Source of the DNA: Actinomycetota bacterium
Lineage (GTDB): Bacteria; Actinomycetota; Aquicultoria; Subteraquimicrobiales; Subteraquimicrobiaceae
Reading direction: 5' to 3'
DNA length: 64,000 nucleotides
NCBI GenBank assembly: GCA_030018275.1
Contig: JASEGB010000002.1
Location: 59,638-123,637, forward strand
The position numbers and the translations under genes were made by a program. The notes under the pieces were generated by a model that made no database searches, was not told where the DNA came from, and saw only the letters and a list, made by a program, of their open reading frames with translations. Shown one piece after another: positions 10,039 through 19,680 of this stretch (within the stretch, counting starts at the first letter, position 1; every line of letters starts with the position of its first letter).

Positions 10039-11304
10039 CTAGCGCCTGAGGAGTTTTCCTCGTCTTTGCAGGATATTTGTTAACGCCCTTACCACTTTGG
10101 GGTCGAATCGGAAGCCTTGTTGTTTTCTTATCCTCGTCACGGCTTGATTTGGGGTGAGGCGTTTTTCCGGCTTTTCTGCGTAGGTAAGCTCGTCGTAATA
10201 ACTAGCAACGTTGATAATTCGAGCCGCTATCGGGTGATCCGCTTCCGATCTCCTTTCTCCATCAAAAGCCCGATGATGCTTTCGGACAATGTTTGAAGCA
10301 TCCCTCAAGAATTCGACCTGCTCAAGGATTTCCGCGCCCACGACAGCGTGTGGAGGCTCGCCATCCTGCGAGGTCGTCTCCAATACCGAATCTAACGAAT
10401 CCTCATCTACCCCTATCTTCCCAAGGTCATGGAGTAAAGCAGCATATCCAACCAACTCGAGCTTTCTACCATGGATACCCATTTCCCGCGCGATATTAAT
10501 TGCATAACTAGCTACCCTTTGTGCATGACCACAATTTTGAGGATACTGCGTCTCGGCTGCGCTAGCGAGAGCCCTTATTGTATTGTAATAAGCTCTACGT
10601 ATATCCAGATATAATTTGAAGGAGTGTCTTGCCACCAACAGGGGGATGAAGAATAAAGGAGCAATCCAATAATGAATCTCCCAGAACAGCAAAGCCATGA
10701 GTATTCCAACGGAGAATAGAGCGGCGTAAATTGGTCCAAGGAGCCTTGTTCCACCAATGAAAGCTGAAAGGAAGAGAGTTCTCCTCTTCAGAGAATGCAG
10801 TAATTGATCTAAACCGACATCGATGAGGAAATAGCTGAGACAGAGAGCAATCAGCGGTAGAAAATCTCTGAATAAACCGAGTTCACCCGGGGCTGCTTGG
10901 TATGGACGCCCTCGAGTTAGATAGAAAAGGAGATAGAAAATGGTGCCGGAGATGCAAATTGTTATTGAGGTCACAGCGATTGGAAAGAGGACCCCTCCCA
11001 TCTCTACCATCTTCCGCCTTATTAGAGCAGTGATGATAATCCCAACAACGGTTGCAACGAGGATGTTTGAAAGTGGCAATAGAAGCAAAGCAGCTAGGAT
11101 GATAGCAGGGCTTACCGAAATGGATCCTCCTTGGGGCAATGTGATATCAAAGAATTCGGCCGTGCAAACTAAGGCAGCAAAGAAGATGAATTGAAGGATA
11201 TCGGAATATTCAAAAGAGATATCCCTCACGAAATAGGAAAATAACCCGCAACCAACCAGAATGATGAAGATTCTTACGATTAATCCTCTAGATATATCCG
11301 ACAA
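10039..11304 (-). CDS. Polytopic membrane protein with a C-terminal HD domain. It is a degenerate HD-GYP paralog.
   Basis: 421 aa. About 8 to 10 TM helices, then LLHDLGKIG. The GYP region reads HHRAFDGERR instead of HHERxDGxGYP. Confidence 0.7.
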   Translation of the reverse strand: MSDISRGLIVRIFIILVGCGLFSYFVRDISFEYSDILQFIFFAALVCTAEFFDITLPQGGSISVSPAIILAALLLLPLSNILVATVVGIIITALIRRKMVEMGGVLFPIAVTSITICISGTIFYLLFYLTRGRPYQAAPGELGLFRDFLPLIALCLSYFLIDVGLDQLLHSLKRRTLFLSAFIGGTRLLGPIYAALFSVGILMALLFWEIHYWIAPLFFIPLLVARHSFKLYLDIRRAYYNTIRALASAAETQYPQNCGHAQRVASYAINIAREMGIHGRKLELVGYAALLHDLGKIGVDEDSLDSVLETTSQDGEPPHAVVGAEILEQVEFLRDASNIVRKHHRAFDGERRSEADHPIAARIINVASYYDELTYAEKPEKRLTPNQAVTRIRKQQGFRFDPKVVRALTNILQRRGKLLRR

Positions 11305-12595
11305 GGCTCATCTGCCCTTTCCTTTTTTCACCCTCTCGAGGGTTAGCATTCAAGCCCAAACCCATCATTAATGCATTCACCAAAATTTTATCCCATTGAG
11401 ACCCACTGTATGTGGTGAGTTCCTCTATGACCGTTTCTTGATCCAGAGCTGGACGATAAGGACGAGCTGATGTCATAGCGTCATAGCTGTCAGCCACGGC
11501 TAAAATTCGAGCCATGAGGGGGATCATCTCCCCCTTAGTACCATCGACATAACCGGAACCATCCACCCGCTCATGATGATGAAAAATGGCGGGCACAACC
11601 TCCTTTAAGAATTCTATCTCTCTAATTATGGCCACGCCTATCTCCGGATGTTCCTCGACTTTCCTATATTCGGCGTGGGTAAGCTTCCCAGGCTTACTAA
11701 GAATTCTTCGAGTAATTCCTATTTTTCCCACATCATGGAGGAGAGCTGCGTACTTAAGCGTTTCGATTTTTTCCTCAGGCAAATGTAACTGCCTCGCGAT
11801 CTTCTCCGCATATTCCGCGACCCGTTCCGAATGGCCCCTGGTATATGGATCCTTGGCTTCAACCGCAGCGACCAGGGATTTCACCGTGCCCATGTAAGCT
11901 CCACGCAATTCCATATAAACTTGGAAGGTCTGCCTGGCGATGAGGAGGGGTGCTATGAGTAAGACGATTCCCGCTGGTCCAGCTTTGACATAGATTTGGG
12001 CCAAAATGACTCCTAACGGTGCGAGTGCAAAATAATTGGGAATGGCCCATTTGCAGTCAAAAAGCCAAATATTAACGGGGGAAATATCTTCCAAAAATCC
12101 GATCCCCATCGATACTAAAGAACTATTAATGAGAAAATAAGCAGCTGCACAAAGAATAAACGGTATAAGAATCCAAGGGAAATCAGAATAGCTAAGACCC
12201 TTGACCATTAAAATTGGTCCATGTGCATAAAGATAAACCAAACCCGCTATCCCCGTATCCAATATGGCCAGACTCCCATTGGCTAACCATCTATAAAAAG
12301 AGGATCTTTCCTTTATATCCCTCCAAACCACGGCGGTGGATAAGGCTGCCAGTGCAGCGGAAGCTGGTCCTAAAAGAAGAATGGCGGCATATAGGAGGGC
12401 AAAGCTAACGGAGACCGCTCCCACCTTGGGAAGATCTATTCCAAAGGACTCAGCGAGCCAAATTAATAAACCAAAGAGGAGAATATGCTGCCAAGATAGC
12501 ATAGGAGTGGCAGACACCAAGTAAAAGAGGAGAGCCGAGGCACACACGGTTAAAAATATCGAATATGCCTTAAAACTAATGGGTACTTTTTTCAA
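11288..12595 (-). CDS. Membrane-anchored HD-GYP domain protein (putative c-di-GMP phosphodiesterase)
   Basis: 435 aa. Carries LLHDVGKIG and HHHERVDGSGYVDG. The N-terminal polytopic domain is paralogous to the downstream gene. Confidence 0.82.
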   Translation of the reverse strand: MKKVPISFKAYSIFLTVCASALLFYLVSATPMLSWQHILLFGLLIWLAESFGIDLPKVGAVSVSFALLYAAILLLGPASAALAALSTAVVWRDIKERSSFYRWLANGSLAILDTGIAGLVYLYAHGPILMVKGLSYSDFPWILIPFILCAAAYFLINSSLVSMGIGFLEDISPVNIWLFDCKWAIPNYFALAPLGVILAQIYVKAGPAGIVLLIAPLLIARQTFQVYMELRGAYMGTVKSLVAAVEAKDPYTRGHSERVAEYAEKIARQLHLPEEKIETLKYAALLHDVGKIGITRRILSKPGKLTHAEYRKVEEHPEIGVAIIREIEFLKEVVPAIFHHHERVDGSGYVDGTKGEMIPLMARILAVADSYDAMTSARPYRPALDQETVIEELTTYSGSQWDKILVNALMMGLGLNANPREGEKRKGQMSLVGYI

Positions 12596-12715
12596 CCTTC
12601 AACCTCGTTTCAAGCTATCCCTTAATCCTCAACCTTGAACCCTATCAAATTCTAAATCTTGCACAAGTCAGAACTAAAGTTGCAATGATTGTTGGTTCTA
12701 AAAACCGCTTAACCT

Positions 12716-12955
12716 TCATGGAAGAGAGCTCCCTCCATAAAGTGTTCCTTTGCCATTGACCCCCTGGCTAATTTCTTGGAAAAGTAAACACACTGCCGAA
12801 AAGATTTGGTATTTAGGGGTTTTAGGGGAAGAGCAAGTGTATCTCTTCGATGGAACCACCTCTCCAGCTACGATGCGAGCTGCTTTTATTCCTTCGATCT
12901 GGCAGATTACATTCTCCAAGTTTTCTACATCGATTTTCTTCAAATCAGCCTTCAT
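12716..12955 (-). CDS. Hypothetical small protein. The call is doubtful.
   Basis: 79-aa ORF in an otherwise empty 500-bp gap. The first about 40 aa look protein-like (DLKKIDVENLENVICQIEGIKAARIVAGE). No convincing RBS. Confidence 0.2.
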   Translation of the reverse strand: MKADLKKIDVENLENVICQIEGIKAARIVAGEVVPSKRYTCSSPKTPKYQIFSAVCLLFQEISQGVNGKGTLYGGSSLP

Positions 12956-13045
12956 ACACTAGTCGGTGTTTAAGAGGATATAACCCTTTATTCTCTTTGC
13001 TCACGATTTTTCCTGCTTGTCACAAGGAAAATTTTTGAATAGAAA

Positions 13046-13080
13046 AACCCCATGTTATAAAACATGGGGTTCATGGGTTT
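13046..13080 (-). terminator. Rho-independent terminator downstream of csp
   Basis: Minus strand reads aaccccatgtt ttat aacatgggg followed by TTTTTCTATT. The stem is a perfect 9 bp. Confidence 0.75.
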
Positions 13081-13109
13081 GCTGTTAAATTCTTGAAAAT
13101 CTAACAGAC

Positions 13110-13310
13110 TTAGGGAGCTCTGCGGACATTCGCAGCTTGAGGGCCTCGGTCGCCTTGAACAATGTCGAATTCGACCTTTTCTCCCTCCCGTAGGGTTTTG
13201 AAACCCTCCTCCTGGATTGCAGAGAAATGAACGAATACATCTTCACCATCTTCGCGCTCGATGAATCCGTACCCCTTCTCTGCGCTGAACCATTTGACTC
13301 TTCCTTGCAC
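13110..13310 (-). CDS. cspA: Cold-shock protein (CspA family)
   Basis: [17 protein letters not shown] ... VFVHFSAI carries the RNP1 and RNP2 motifs. The likely start is a GTG 7 nt after a GGGAGG RBS. The listed TTG start at 13328 would add 6 aa. Confidence 0.9.
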   Translation of the reverse strand: MQGRVKWFSAEKGYGFIEREDGEDVFVHFSAIQEEGFKTLREGEKVEFDIVQGDRGPQAANVRRAP

Positions 13311-13422
13311 TTCACAACCTCCCAACAAAAATTAAGCCACTTTCGTGGCAAGTCCTACTTGCAAGCTAACACTATCATAAATCATGAGGGGTGTCAATTT
13401 ATCATTTTCGGCTCAATAATAC

Positions 13423-14139
13423 TCAGTGATAGATAGTAGATCGAGCTATGGTGAGGACATTTACTCCATGCGCCCCTTGGGCGAGGAGGATTTTACTGCA
13501 TTCATTCACCGTGGCTCCCGTGGTTAAGACATCGTCTATTAAAAGAATCGTCTTATTTCGTAAATCTGCCTTACTTGAAGGAGAAAACACTCCTCTTACA
13601 TTTTTTCTTCTCTCCTCGATAGAGAGCTTATTTTGTTCCACAGTCTCTTTGGCTTTGATGAGAACTCCTTCGCAGGGCTTATCGACTCGTAGCGATATCT
13701 CCTCAGCCAATAAGCGCGATTGATTAAAACCCCTCTTGCGCTCCCTTCCTTTACTTAAGGGCACATAGGTGATCAAATCCACATCGAATAATCCCTGCTC
13801 AGCTCGGCTTATCATCAGTTGGGCGAAGACCGGCGCCAGTCTTCTGCCGTTATGGTATTTGAACCCGTGGATCGCCTCCCGCAAATTCCCATCATAAAGA
13901 CCAGCAGCCCGAGCCAAAGAGAATCGAAAATGCTTGCCACGGCACTCTCTGCATTCGTTGGTTTGAAGATTGCAGGGTTTTCCGCACTTAAGGCAGATGG
14001 GAAACTTAATCAAGGGCAAAGAAGAAAAACACTCGTCACAGAGTGGATCCCCACAAAGACAACCACAAACGAGGCACCGAGGAGGATATATCAAATTTAG
14101 CAAGCCCTTAAACAGCTTTCCCACCTTTCCCTCCCCCAC
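13423..14139 (-). CDS. comF: ComF family protein (phosphoribosyltransferase domain, ComFC-like)
   Basis: 238 aa. N-terminal Cys-rich zinc ribbon (CLVCGCLCGDPLCDEC). C-terminal PRTase motif LLIDDVLTTGAT. Confidence 0.8.
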   Translation of the reverse strand: MGEGKVGKLFKGLLNLIYPPRCLVCGCLCGDPLCDECFSSLPLIKFPICLKCGKPCNLQTNECRECRGKHFRFSLARAAGLYDGNLREAIHGFKYHNGRRLAPVFAQLMISRAEQGLFDVDLITYVPLSKGRERKRGFNQSRLLAEEISLRVDKPCEGVLIKAKETVEQNKLSIEERRKNVRGVFSPSSKADLRNKTILLIDDVLTTGATVNECSKILLAQGAHGVNVLTIARSTIYH

Positions 14140-14254
14140 AAACTCTTAAGACCAAAACTCCAATAATTTTCACACTTCGAATCGCTATTTCCTTAGTAAC
14201 CTTTTCCAAGTCTTTGATGGTTAGTGAGCTAGTGTCATTGCAAGGTATAGACAT

Positions 14255-15292
14255 TTATTCTCTAACGAGTTTCTCTAAATTGATCTCGAAAGGTAGTCTG
14301 ACGATCCCTTTTTCAGTGATGATGGCTTCGATGAGCTCGTGAGGGGTGATATCAAAGGCGGGATTGGCTATGGATATCCCACTTGGGGCTATTTGCTGAC
14401 CAAAGATATGAGTTACTTCTCTGGGATTTCGCTCCTCGATTGGGATTTGCTTCCCAGAAGGGATATTAAAATCAATGGTGGGCGTGGGAGCAGCTATATA
14501 GAAGGGGACATTATTCTCCTTCGCTAGAACTGCTAAGGTATATGTTCCAATTTTGTTGGCTACATCTCCATTGGCAGCAATTCTATCGGCACCCACAATT
14601 ACCTTGCTAATCTCTCCTATGCTCATGAGGAAACCCGCCATATTATCGGTGATTAAAGTGGCGGGTATTTTTTCCTTCATTAACTCCCAACATGTCAGTC
14701 GAGAACCTTGGAGAAGGGGGCGGGTCTCATCCACGTACACATGAATTTTCTTGCCCTGATTCCAAGCGGCTCGAATGACCCCCAGGGCGGTGCCATATCC
14801 TCCCGTGGCTAAAGTCCCTGTATTACAATGGGTGAGTATATTGTCCCCATCTTCTATGAGTGCTGCGCCAAGGGCTCCCAACTGGCGATTTGCCTCCTCA
14901 TCTTCCCTGGCAATCTCCATTGCTTCCTCATATAGGACTTTTTTCAGATCCTCGACGCAAAGATTCTTGCTTTTATGCACCAACCTCTTCATTCTTTGGA
15001 TGGCCCAAAAGAGATTGGCGGCTGTCGGTCTAGTCTGGGACATTTCTTCACAAACTCTCTCTATTTCATCGATGAACTGATCGCTGGTTTTCGCCGTGGA
15101 ATTTTTGGCTCCAAGAGCGATGCCAAAGGCAGCAGCCACCCCAAGGGCAGGAGCTCCTCTAACCTTCATGGATTTGATGGCTTCGGCGACTTGATGGGGA
15201 TTTGTGAATTCCAAATAATCTTCCTTAAGAGGAAGTTTCGTTTGATCCAGTATCCTTACCTTTTCATCAACCCACTCAATAGCCTTTATCAA
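14255..15292 (-). CDS. mtnA: S-methyl-5-thioribose-1-phosphate isomerase (eIF-2B alpha/beta/delta family)
   Basis: 345 aa. The N-terminal motif EWVDEKVRILDQTKLP and overall length match the MtnA / eIF-2B-like family. Confidence 0.82.
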   Translation of the reverse strand: MIKAIEWVDEKVRILDQTKLPLKEDYLEFTNPHQVAEAIKSMKVRGAPALGVAAAFGIALGAKNSTAKTSDQFIDEIERVCEEMSQTRPTAANLFWAIQRMKRLVHKSKNLCVEDLKKVLYEEAMEIAREDEEANRQLGALGAALIEDGDNILTHCNTGTLATGGYGTALGVIRAAWNQGKKIHVYVDETRPLLQGSRLTCWELMKEKIPATLITDNMAGFLMSIGEISKVIVGADRIAANGDVANKIGTYTLAVLAKENNVPFYIAAPTPTIDFNIPSGKQIPIEERNPREVTHIFGQQIAPSGISIANPAFDITPHELIEAIITEKGIVRLPFEINLEKLVRE

Positions 15293-15350
15293 TTTCGTCC
15301 CCCATGAAGCTCATAGCTCTGTAGCTCAGAAGCTCGAAACTGATTTTTTT

Positions 15351-15378
15351 CTGTGAACGGTGAACCGTGAACTGATTT
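15351..15378. repeat. Tandem heptamer array, copy B. It lies immediately 3' of the aldolase stop.
   Basis: ctgtgaa cggtgaa ccgtgaa. The same 21-mer occurs at 21400-21420. Confidence 0.75.
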
Positions 15379-15944
15379 TATTTTTCGAGCATTTCGATGA
15401 GATAATTTATCCTCGCCACTTCTTCGACCAACTCGGCGATGTTCACCGCTTCATTCAAATCTTCACCCACAGTCACGACGCCATGCATCTCCAACAGGGC
15501 AGCCTTACCCAACCTCAGGTGGTCTCTCACAGCTTCAGCGAGCTCCCTTGTGCCATAGACGAAAGGAGGAACAACCGGTACCCTCCCCAAAATGTACTCA
15601 CCTTCAGGATTCACGGGTCGCAAACTCTTCTTCAAATAGGCCAGGGCTGAGGCATAAGGAGAATGAGTGTGCACAATAGCATTGACATCCGGACGCGCTT
15701 TATATATCTCTATGTGCACCCACTTCTCAGTGGAGGGTTCCTCCTCCCCTTCCAGCTTTTCTCCCTCGGAATCTAAAACCACTAAATCTCTCTCGGATAG
15801 TTTGCCCAGGCAAGCACCGGTAGAGCTGATTAAAATCCTTCCCTCATCCACGCGGCAGCTTATATTCCCTACCCGCCCAATCACCAAGCCCTTTTCATAG
15901 ACCTCTTTTGCAGCTTGTATTATCTCTTCTTTATAGCCTTCCAT
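15378..15944 (-). CDS. Class II aldolase/adducin family protein. It is probably methylthioribulose-1-phosphate dehydratase or an L-fuculose-P aldolase-like enzyme.
   Basis: 188 aa. The His-rich metal site HTHSPYA is present. The location between mtnA and ahcY suggests MtnB. Confidence 0.72.
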   Translation of the reverse strand: MEGYKEEIIQAAKEVYEKGLVIGRVGNISCRVDEGRILISSTGACLGKLSERDLVVLDSEGEKLEGEEEPSTEKWVHIEIYKARPDVNAIVHTHSPYASALAYLKKSLRPVNPEGEYILGRVPVVPPFVYGTRELAEAVRDHLRLGKAALLEMHGVVTVGEDLNEAVNIAELVEEVARINYLIEMLEK

Positions 15945-15980
15945 TTTTTCCTCCCATTATAAAGCTCGGGAGCTCAGAGG

Positions 15981-17237
15981 CTATGTGCCCATCTCCCAGG
16001 ACTTAAGATATTTTTCTTGCTCGGAGGTGAGCTTATCTATTTCAATCCCCATAGAGGATAATTTAAGCCCTGCAATTTCCTCGTCTATCTCCTGTGGAAC
16101 GGAATAAACCTTCTTCTCCAAACTCCGACCATGCCTCAAAAGGAACTCGACGGAGAGAGCCTGGTTCGCAAAGCTCATATCCATGACGCTTGCCGGATGT
16201 CCCTCAGCAGCAGCCAGATTCACCAACCTTCCTTCGGCAAGAAGATAAAGCCTCCGTCCATCCTGCAAAGTATATTCATCGACAAAATCTCGAATTTTTC
16301 TTTTTTCTTTGGATAAAGCCTCTAAAGCAGGAATATCAATTTCCACGTTGAAATGCCCCGCGTTTGCCAGGATAGCTCCGTCCTTCATGACCTCAAAGTG
16401 CTCCTTGGTGAGTACGCGAATATCCCCAGTTGAGGTGATAAAAATGTCTCCGATTTTAGCCGCCTCCAAGGAAGTCATAACCCGATATCCATCCATCACC
16501 GCTTCCAGAGCCCTAATTGGTTTCACCTCCAAAATCACCACTTTTGCACCCATAGCTTGAGCTCGTTTAGCGATTCCTCGACCGCACCACCCATAACCCG
16601 AAATCACCACTGTCCTCCCAGCCAAAAGAACATTCGTGGCTCTCAAAATCCCATCTATGGTACTTTGCCCTGTACCATATCTATTATCGAATAGATATTT
16701 CGTCTGAGCATCGTTGACGGCGATTATGGGAAATAGGAGCACCCCTTCCCTGGCCATACTCCTCAATCTTATAACCCCTGTGGTGGTCTCCTCCGTTCCC
16801 CCGATGACCTCCCGAGCCTGATTCCTCCTTTGAGAATGAAGGGTTGAGATGAGATCAGCTCCATCATCCATGGTGATTACGGGTCTATGGTCTATAGCGG
16901 AGTTAATATGGTCGTAATATGTCTTGCTATCTTCACCCCTGATGGCAAAGACGGGGATTTTAAAATCTTCAACCAAAGAAGCAGCCACGTCATCCTGCGT
17001 GCTTAAAGGATTCGAGGCGCAAAGGGCAACATCCGCACCTCCCTCTTTAAGGGTTCTCACCAAGTTAGCCGTCTCCGAAGTTACATGGAGGCATGCGGAA
17101 ATTCTCGCACCTTGAAGGGGGTTTTTCTCACGGAAGCGTTCTCTTATTACCTTAAGTACCGGCATTTGGTTGTCCGCCCACTCTATGCGAAGCTTGCCCT
17201 TGGGCGCGAGAGCGATGTCCTTAATATCGTATTTCAC
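15981..17237 (-). CDS. ahcY: Adenosylhomocysteinase
   Basis: 418 aa. Carries the SAHH signature regions and the NAD-binding GYGWCGRG motif. Confidence 0.95.
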   Translation of the reverse strand: MKYDIKDIALAPKGKLRIEWADNQMPVLKVIRERFREKNPLQGARISACLHVTSETANLVRTLKEGGADVALCASNPLSTQDDVAASLVEDFKIPVFAIRGEDSKTYYDHINSAIDHRPVITMDDGADLISTLHSQRRNQAREVIGGTEETTTGVIRLRSMAREGVLLFPIIAVNDAQTKYLFDNRYGTGQSTIDGILRATNVLLAGRTVVISGYGWCGRGIAKRAQAMGAKVVILEVKPIRALEAVMDGYRVMTSLEAAKIGDIFITSTGDIRVLTKEHFEVMKDGAILANAGHFNVEIDIPALEALSKEKRKIRDFVDEYTLQDGRRLYLLAEGRLVNLAAAEGHPASVMDMSFANQALSVEFLLRHGRSLEKKVYSVPQEIDEEIAGLKLSSMGIEIDKLTSEQEKYLKSWEMGT

Positions 17238-17275
17238 TTGAAATCCCCCCTTATCTACGTTCTAGGTTCAAGCCT

Positions 17276-18109
17276 TCAACCTTCAACGACTTTTCGGACA
17301 ATGCCTTTAATGAGTTTTCTGAGATTTACCTCAGTTTTCTGAGCTTGAACCAGAACCTCTTCGTGAGTCACTTTCTTTTTATCCGATACCACATCGGTGA
17401 TGCAAGAAATTCCCAAAACCCTAAGTCCAGCATGGTTGGCCACTATTGCTTCAGGCACCGTCGACATCCCCACGGCATTTGCTCCTATCCTAGCCAGAAA
17501 TTCAATTTCTGCGGGAGTTTCATAACTCGGTCCTGGAACTCCCACATAGACACCCTTGTGTAACCTGATTCCCTCCTCCCGAGCAACCTTTTGAGCGATT
17601 TCAATGAGCTTCCGATCATAGGCCTGGGACATATCAAGGAAACGAGGTCCGAGTTCTGGGTCATTTAATCCGATAAGGGGATTGGTTCCCATAAGGTTGA
17701 TGTGATCGGTGATGATCATAAAATCCCTGACATCGAAATCGGGGTTAAGTCCTCCAGCCGCATTGCTGAGGATGAGTATCTCGACCCCCAATTCTTTAAA
17801 CACCCTGATGGGAAGGGTTATTCCTTTCATGGTGTATCCTTCATAATAATGAGGACGCCCCTGCATGACGATGACTTCTTTCCCCTCAAATTTACCGGAG
17901 ACTAAATTTCCCGAATGACCTGGGGTCATTGGTATAGGGAAATGAGGGATATCTCGATAAGGAATAACCTTTTTATCCTTAATTTCATCAACCAATCCAC
18001 CCAGTCCTGAACCCAAAACTATGCCAATCAATGGTTTTACTTCTATTCTCTCCCGGACAAAGTGTGTTGACTCTCTAACCTGGTTTTTGAATTGCTCTAC
18101 GGGATCCAA
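17276..18109 (-). CDS. Purine nucleoside phosphorylase / 5'-methylthioadenosine phosphorylase (PNP/MTAP family)
   Basis: 277 aa. It has the PNP family 2 fold motifs. The context favours an MTA phosphorylase role. Confidence 0.82.
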   Translation of the reverse strand: MDPVEQFKNQVRESTHFVRERIEVKPLIGIVLGSGLGGLVDEIKDKKVIPYRDIPHFPIPMTPGHSGNLVSGKFEGKEVIVMQGRPHYYEGYTMKGITLPIRVFKELGVEILILSNAAGGLNPDFDVRDFMIITDHINLMGTNPLIGLNDPELGPRFLDMSQAYDRKLIEIAQKVAREEGIRLHKGVYVGVPGPSYETPAEIEFLARIGANAVGMSTVPEAIVANHAGLRVLGISCITDVVSDKKKVTHEEVLVQAQKTEVNLRKLIKGIVRKVVEG

Positions 18110-18301
18110 ATTTCACACTCCCCTAAATTTGCTCTCCCAGTTTTCGCTTAAAATATCGCACACTTATTTTAACAACTTATTTGAACTATTAACGAGTTAG
18201 GTTGACACTTCAGACATTCATTTTCGGAGCACTTCACCCCGACCATGGTGTTAACCCATCTTGTTAATAATACTACTTATTTACCATAATAACCTATTTA
18301 C

Positions 18302-18335
18302 CAGGCTATTCTCGAATTCTCAAGAATTTGAGAAT
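18302..18335. promoter_or_regulatory. Near-perfect 32-bp AT-rich palindrome between the PGI/PMI stop and the methionine-salvage operon start
   Basis: ctattctcgaattctcaagaatttgagaatag. The arms CTATTCTCgAATTCT and AGAATTtGAGAATAG are inverted repeats. Confidence 0.45.
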
Positions 18336-18351
18336 AGTTGGGTGGTTATTT

Positions 18352-19479
18352 TCATGAAGATTCAGCTAGTTTCTTCTTAAGCAAAGTTATCCTGTGAACC
18401 GGTGTGGGATCCACCCCATTTAAAACTGCGAGATAGGCACTGACAAAATCTCCAAAATATATGATGGAGAAGGTTCTAGTCAGTTTTGATTTGCCCTCCG
18501 CCCACACTTCAACAACATCGCCGAAATGATCTTCTATGAGCGATCTCGTGATCTCAATCCTCCTCTTAATCCTCTCCGGCTCACCCTCATCCCTGAGCAG
18601 GATCAGGTAGAAATTTTCCGTAATATTCTCCAAGAGTTCCCATCCCACCGTCTCATTGTGATTGAGTTCGGGGAAAACGTGCCAAAAGGCTGGTATCTTG
18701 GCATTCTCATTGAACTGGCACTTCCAACGAAGGGCAGCGACCGCAGTAGGACCATCGGAACCATAAACCACGGGAATCCTGCCAAAGAGCTTAATGGCTA
18801 AGCCCTTGGCTCCATTCTGCTCACAAGGTCGACTTAAGGATAACTTTTTTGCCTTATCTTTAAGGAGCTTGATGGTCTCCTCAATATCCCCCATCTTGTT
18901 CGCTATGATATCCGACTTCTGCAGGGCTATTAAGATTGGCAATGTGAGATAACCAAGAGCCGACCGGGGCTGAATGCCACCGGGAATTTTGATTAAAGGC
19001 ATACCGTGCTTTTGAGCCGCACTTTCCAGCATGCCGCCGGATGCTATGGATATTATGGGACAGCCCAACCGAACAGCCTGATCGAAACAGCTCAAAGTCT
19101 CTTCAGTATCACCGGAATAGCTCACCGCAAAGCATAATGTCCCTCGATCAACAAAACTGGGAATGGAGTAACCCTTGCTCACCCAAATCGGGACTTTGAC
19201 CTCATCGCTTAAGATAGTTTTGGTGATGTCCCCACTTATGCCAGAGCCACCCATCCCCATAATCAGAATGGAATTTAGAGATGGCACCCTGCCGTGCCCA
19301 TGGGGCCAGGCAGGCAGGAAATCGAGGGGTGTTTCCCCCGCCAACCTGACCGCTTCCTCACATTGGTCTGGGAAATGCTCTAAACCTAAGAGCATTCCCT
19401 CTGCATCTACTGCCTTTACCTTTTCAACATCGTCTAGATCGATGGTTATCCCATTCACCGAATGTTTCCACTTCTCCAT
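18352..19479 (-). CDS. Bifunctional phosphoglucose/phosphomannose isomerase (SIS domain, archaeal-type PGI/PMI)
   Basis: Two SIS domains. The N-terminus MEKWKHSVNGITIDLDD fits this family. The listed ORF extends 41 codons upstream into a repeat element, and that extension is rejected. Confidence 0.78.
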   Translation of the reverse strand: MEKWKHSVNGITIDLDDVEKVKAVDAEGMLLGLEHFPDQCEEAVRLAGETPLDFLPAWPHGHGRVPSLNSILIMGMGGSGISGDITKTILSDEVKVPIWVSKGYSIPSFVDRGTLCFAVSYSGDTEETLSCFDQAVRLGCPIISIASGGMLESAAQKHGMPLIKIPGGIQPRSALGYLTLPILIALQKSDIIANKMGDIEETIKLLKDKAKKLSLSRPCEQNGAKGLAIKLFGRIPVVYGSDGPTAVAALRWKCQFNENAKIPAFWHVFPELNHNETVGWELLENITENFYLILLRDEGEPERIKRRIEITRSLIEDHFGDVVEVWAEGKSKLTRTFSIIYFGDFVSAYLAVLNGVDPTPVHRITLLKKKLAESS

Positions 19480-19626
19480 TAAAATTGCTTCCCTGTTTGG
19501 GTCTTTGGGTCGACACGGAGGTTGACCCCTACGTTTGATCGTCTTGCGGTTTTTTGTAGGGACGAACCTCTGTGTTCGCCCTTCAGTAGCGCGGTGGTTC
19601 ATCCGCCGCTATTGCTTTGTCGGGGA

Positions 19627-19667
19627 CCCGCCTGGAGCGAAGCCTCCCTTTGGGACCGGACGGGCAG
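19627..19667. repeat. 40-bp repeat, copy 1 (intergenic)
   Basis: cccgcctggagcgaagcctccctttgggaccggacgggcagg. Copy 2 at 19965-20005 differs at about 2 positions. Confidence 0.7.
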
Positions 19668-19680
19668 GTAAACCCCGACG

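Noticed and set aside
9950-10040. GC-rich 90-bp segment downstream of the HD-domain gene as a terminator or sRNA
   Set aside because: Only a tight GGGCGAACGCCC hairpin without a following U-tract is present. There is no recognisable RNA family signature.
12716-12955. Possible real small gene in the csp upstream gap
   Set aside because: It is kept only as a very low-confidence feature. There is no RBS. The C-terminal half is low-complexity. The gap more likely holds the csp promoter and 5' UTR.
13085-13351. 88-aa ORF overlapping csp in another frame. Likewise 36212..36520 overlapping the MNT gene.
   Set aside because: They are out-of-frame overlaps of confidently identified genes (CspA RNP motifs, MNT GS..DxD).
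19480-19602. 41-codon N-terminal extension of the PGI/PMI ORF (MNHRATEGRTQRFVPTKNRK...)
   Set aside because: The extension is translated from the intergenic 40-bp repeat element. It is highly basic and has no homology. The PGI/PMI family N-terminus starts at MEKWKH (19479).
19560-19640. Possible tRNA in the GC-rich spacer (ggttcatcc resembles a T-loop)
   Set aside because: The T-loop consensus GTTCRANYC is not met. No acceptor or anticodon arm can be drawn. The region is explained by the repeat element.
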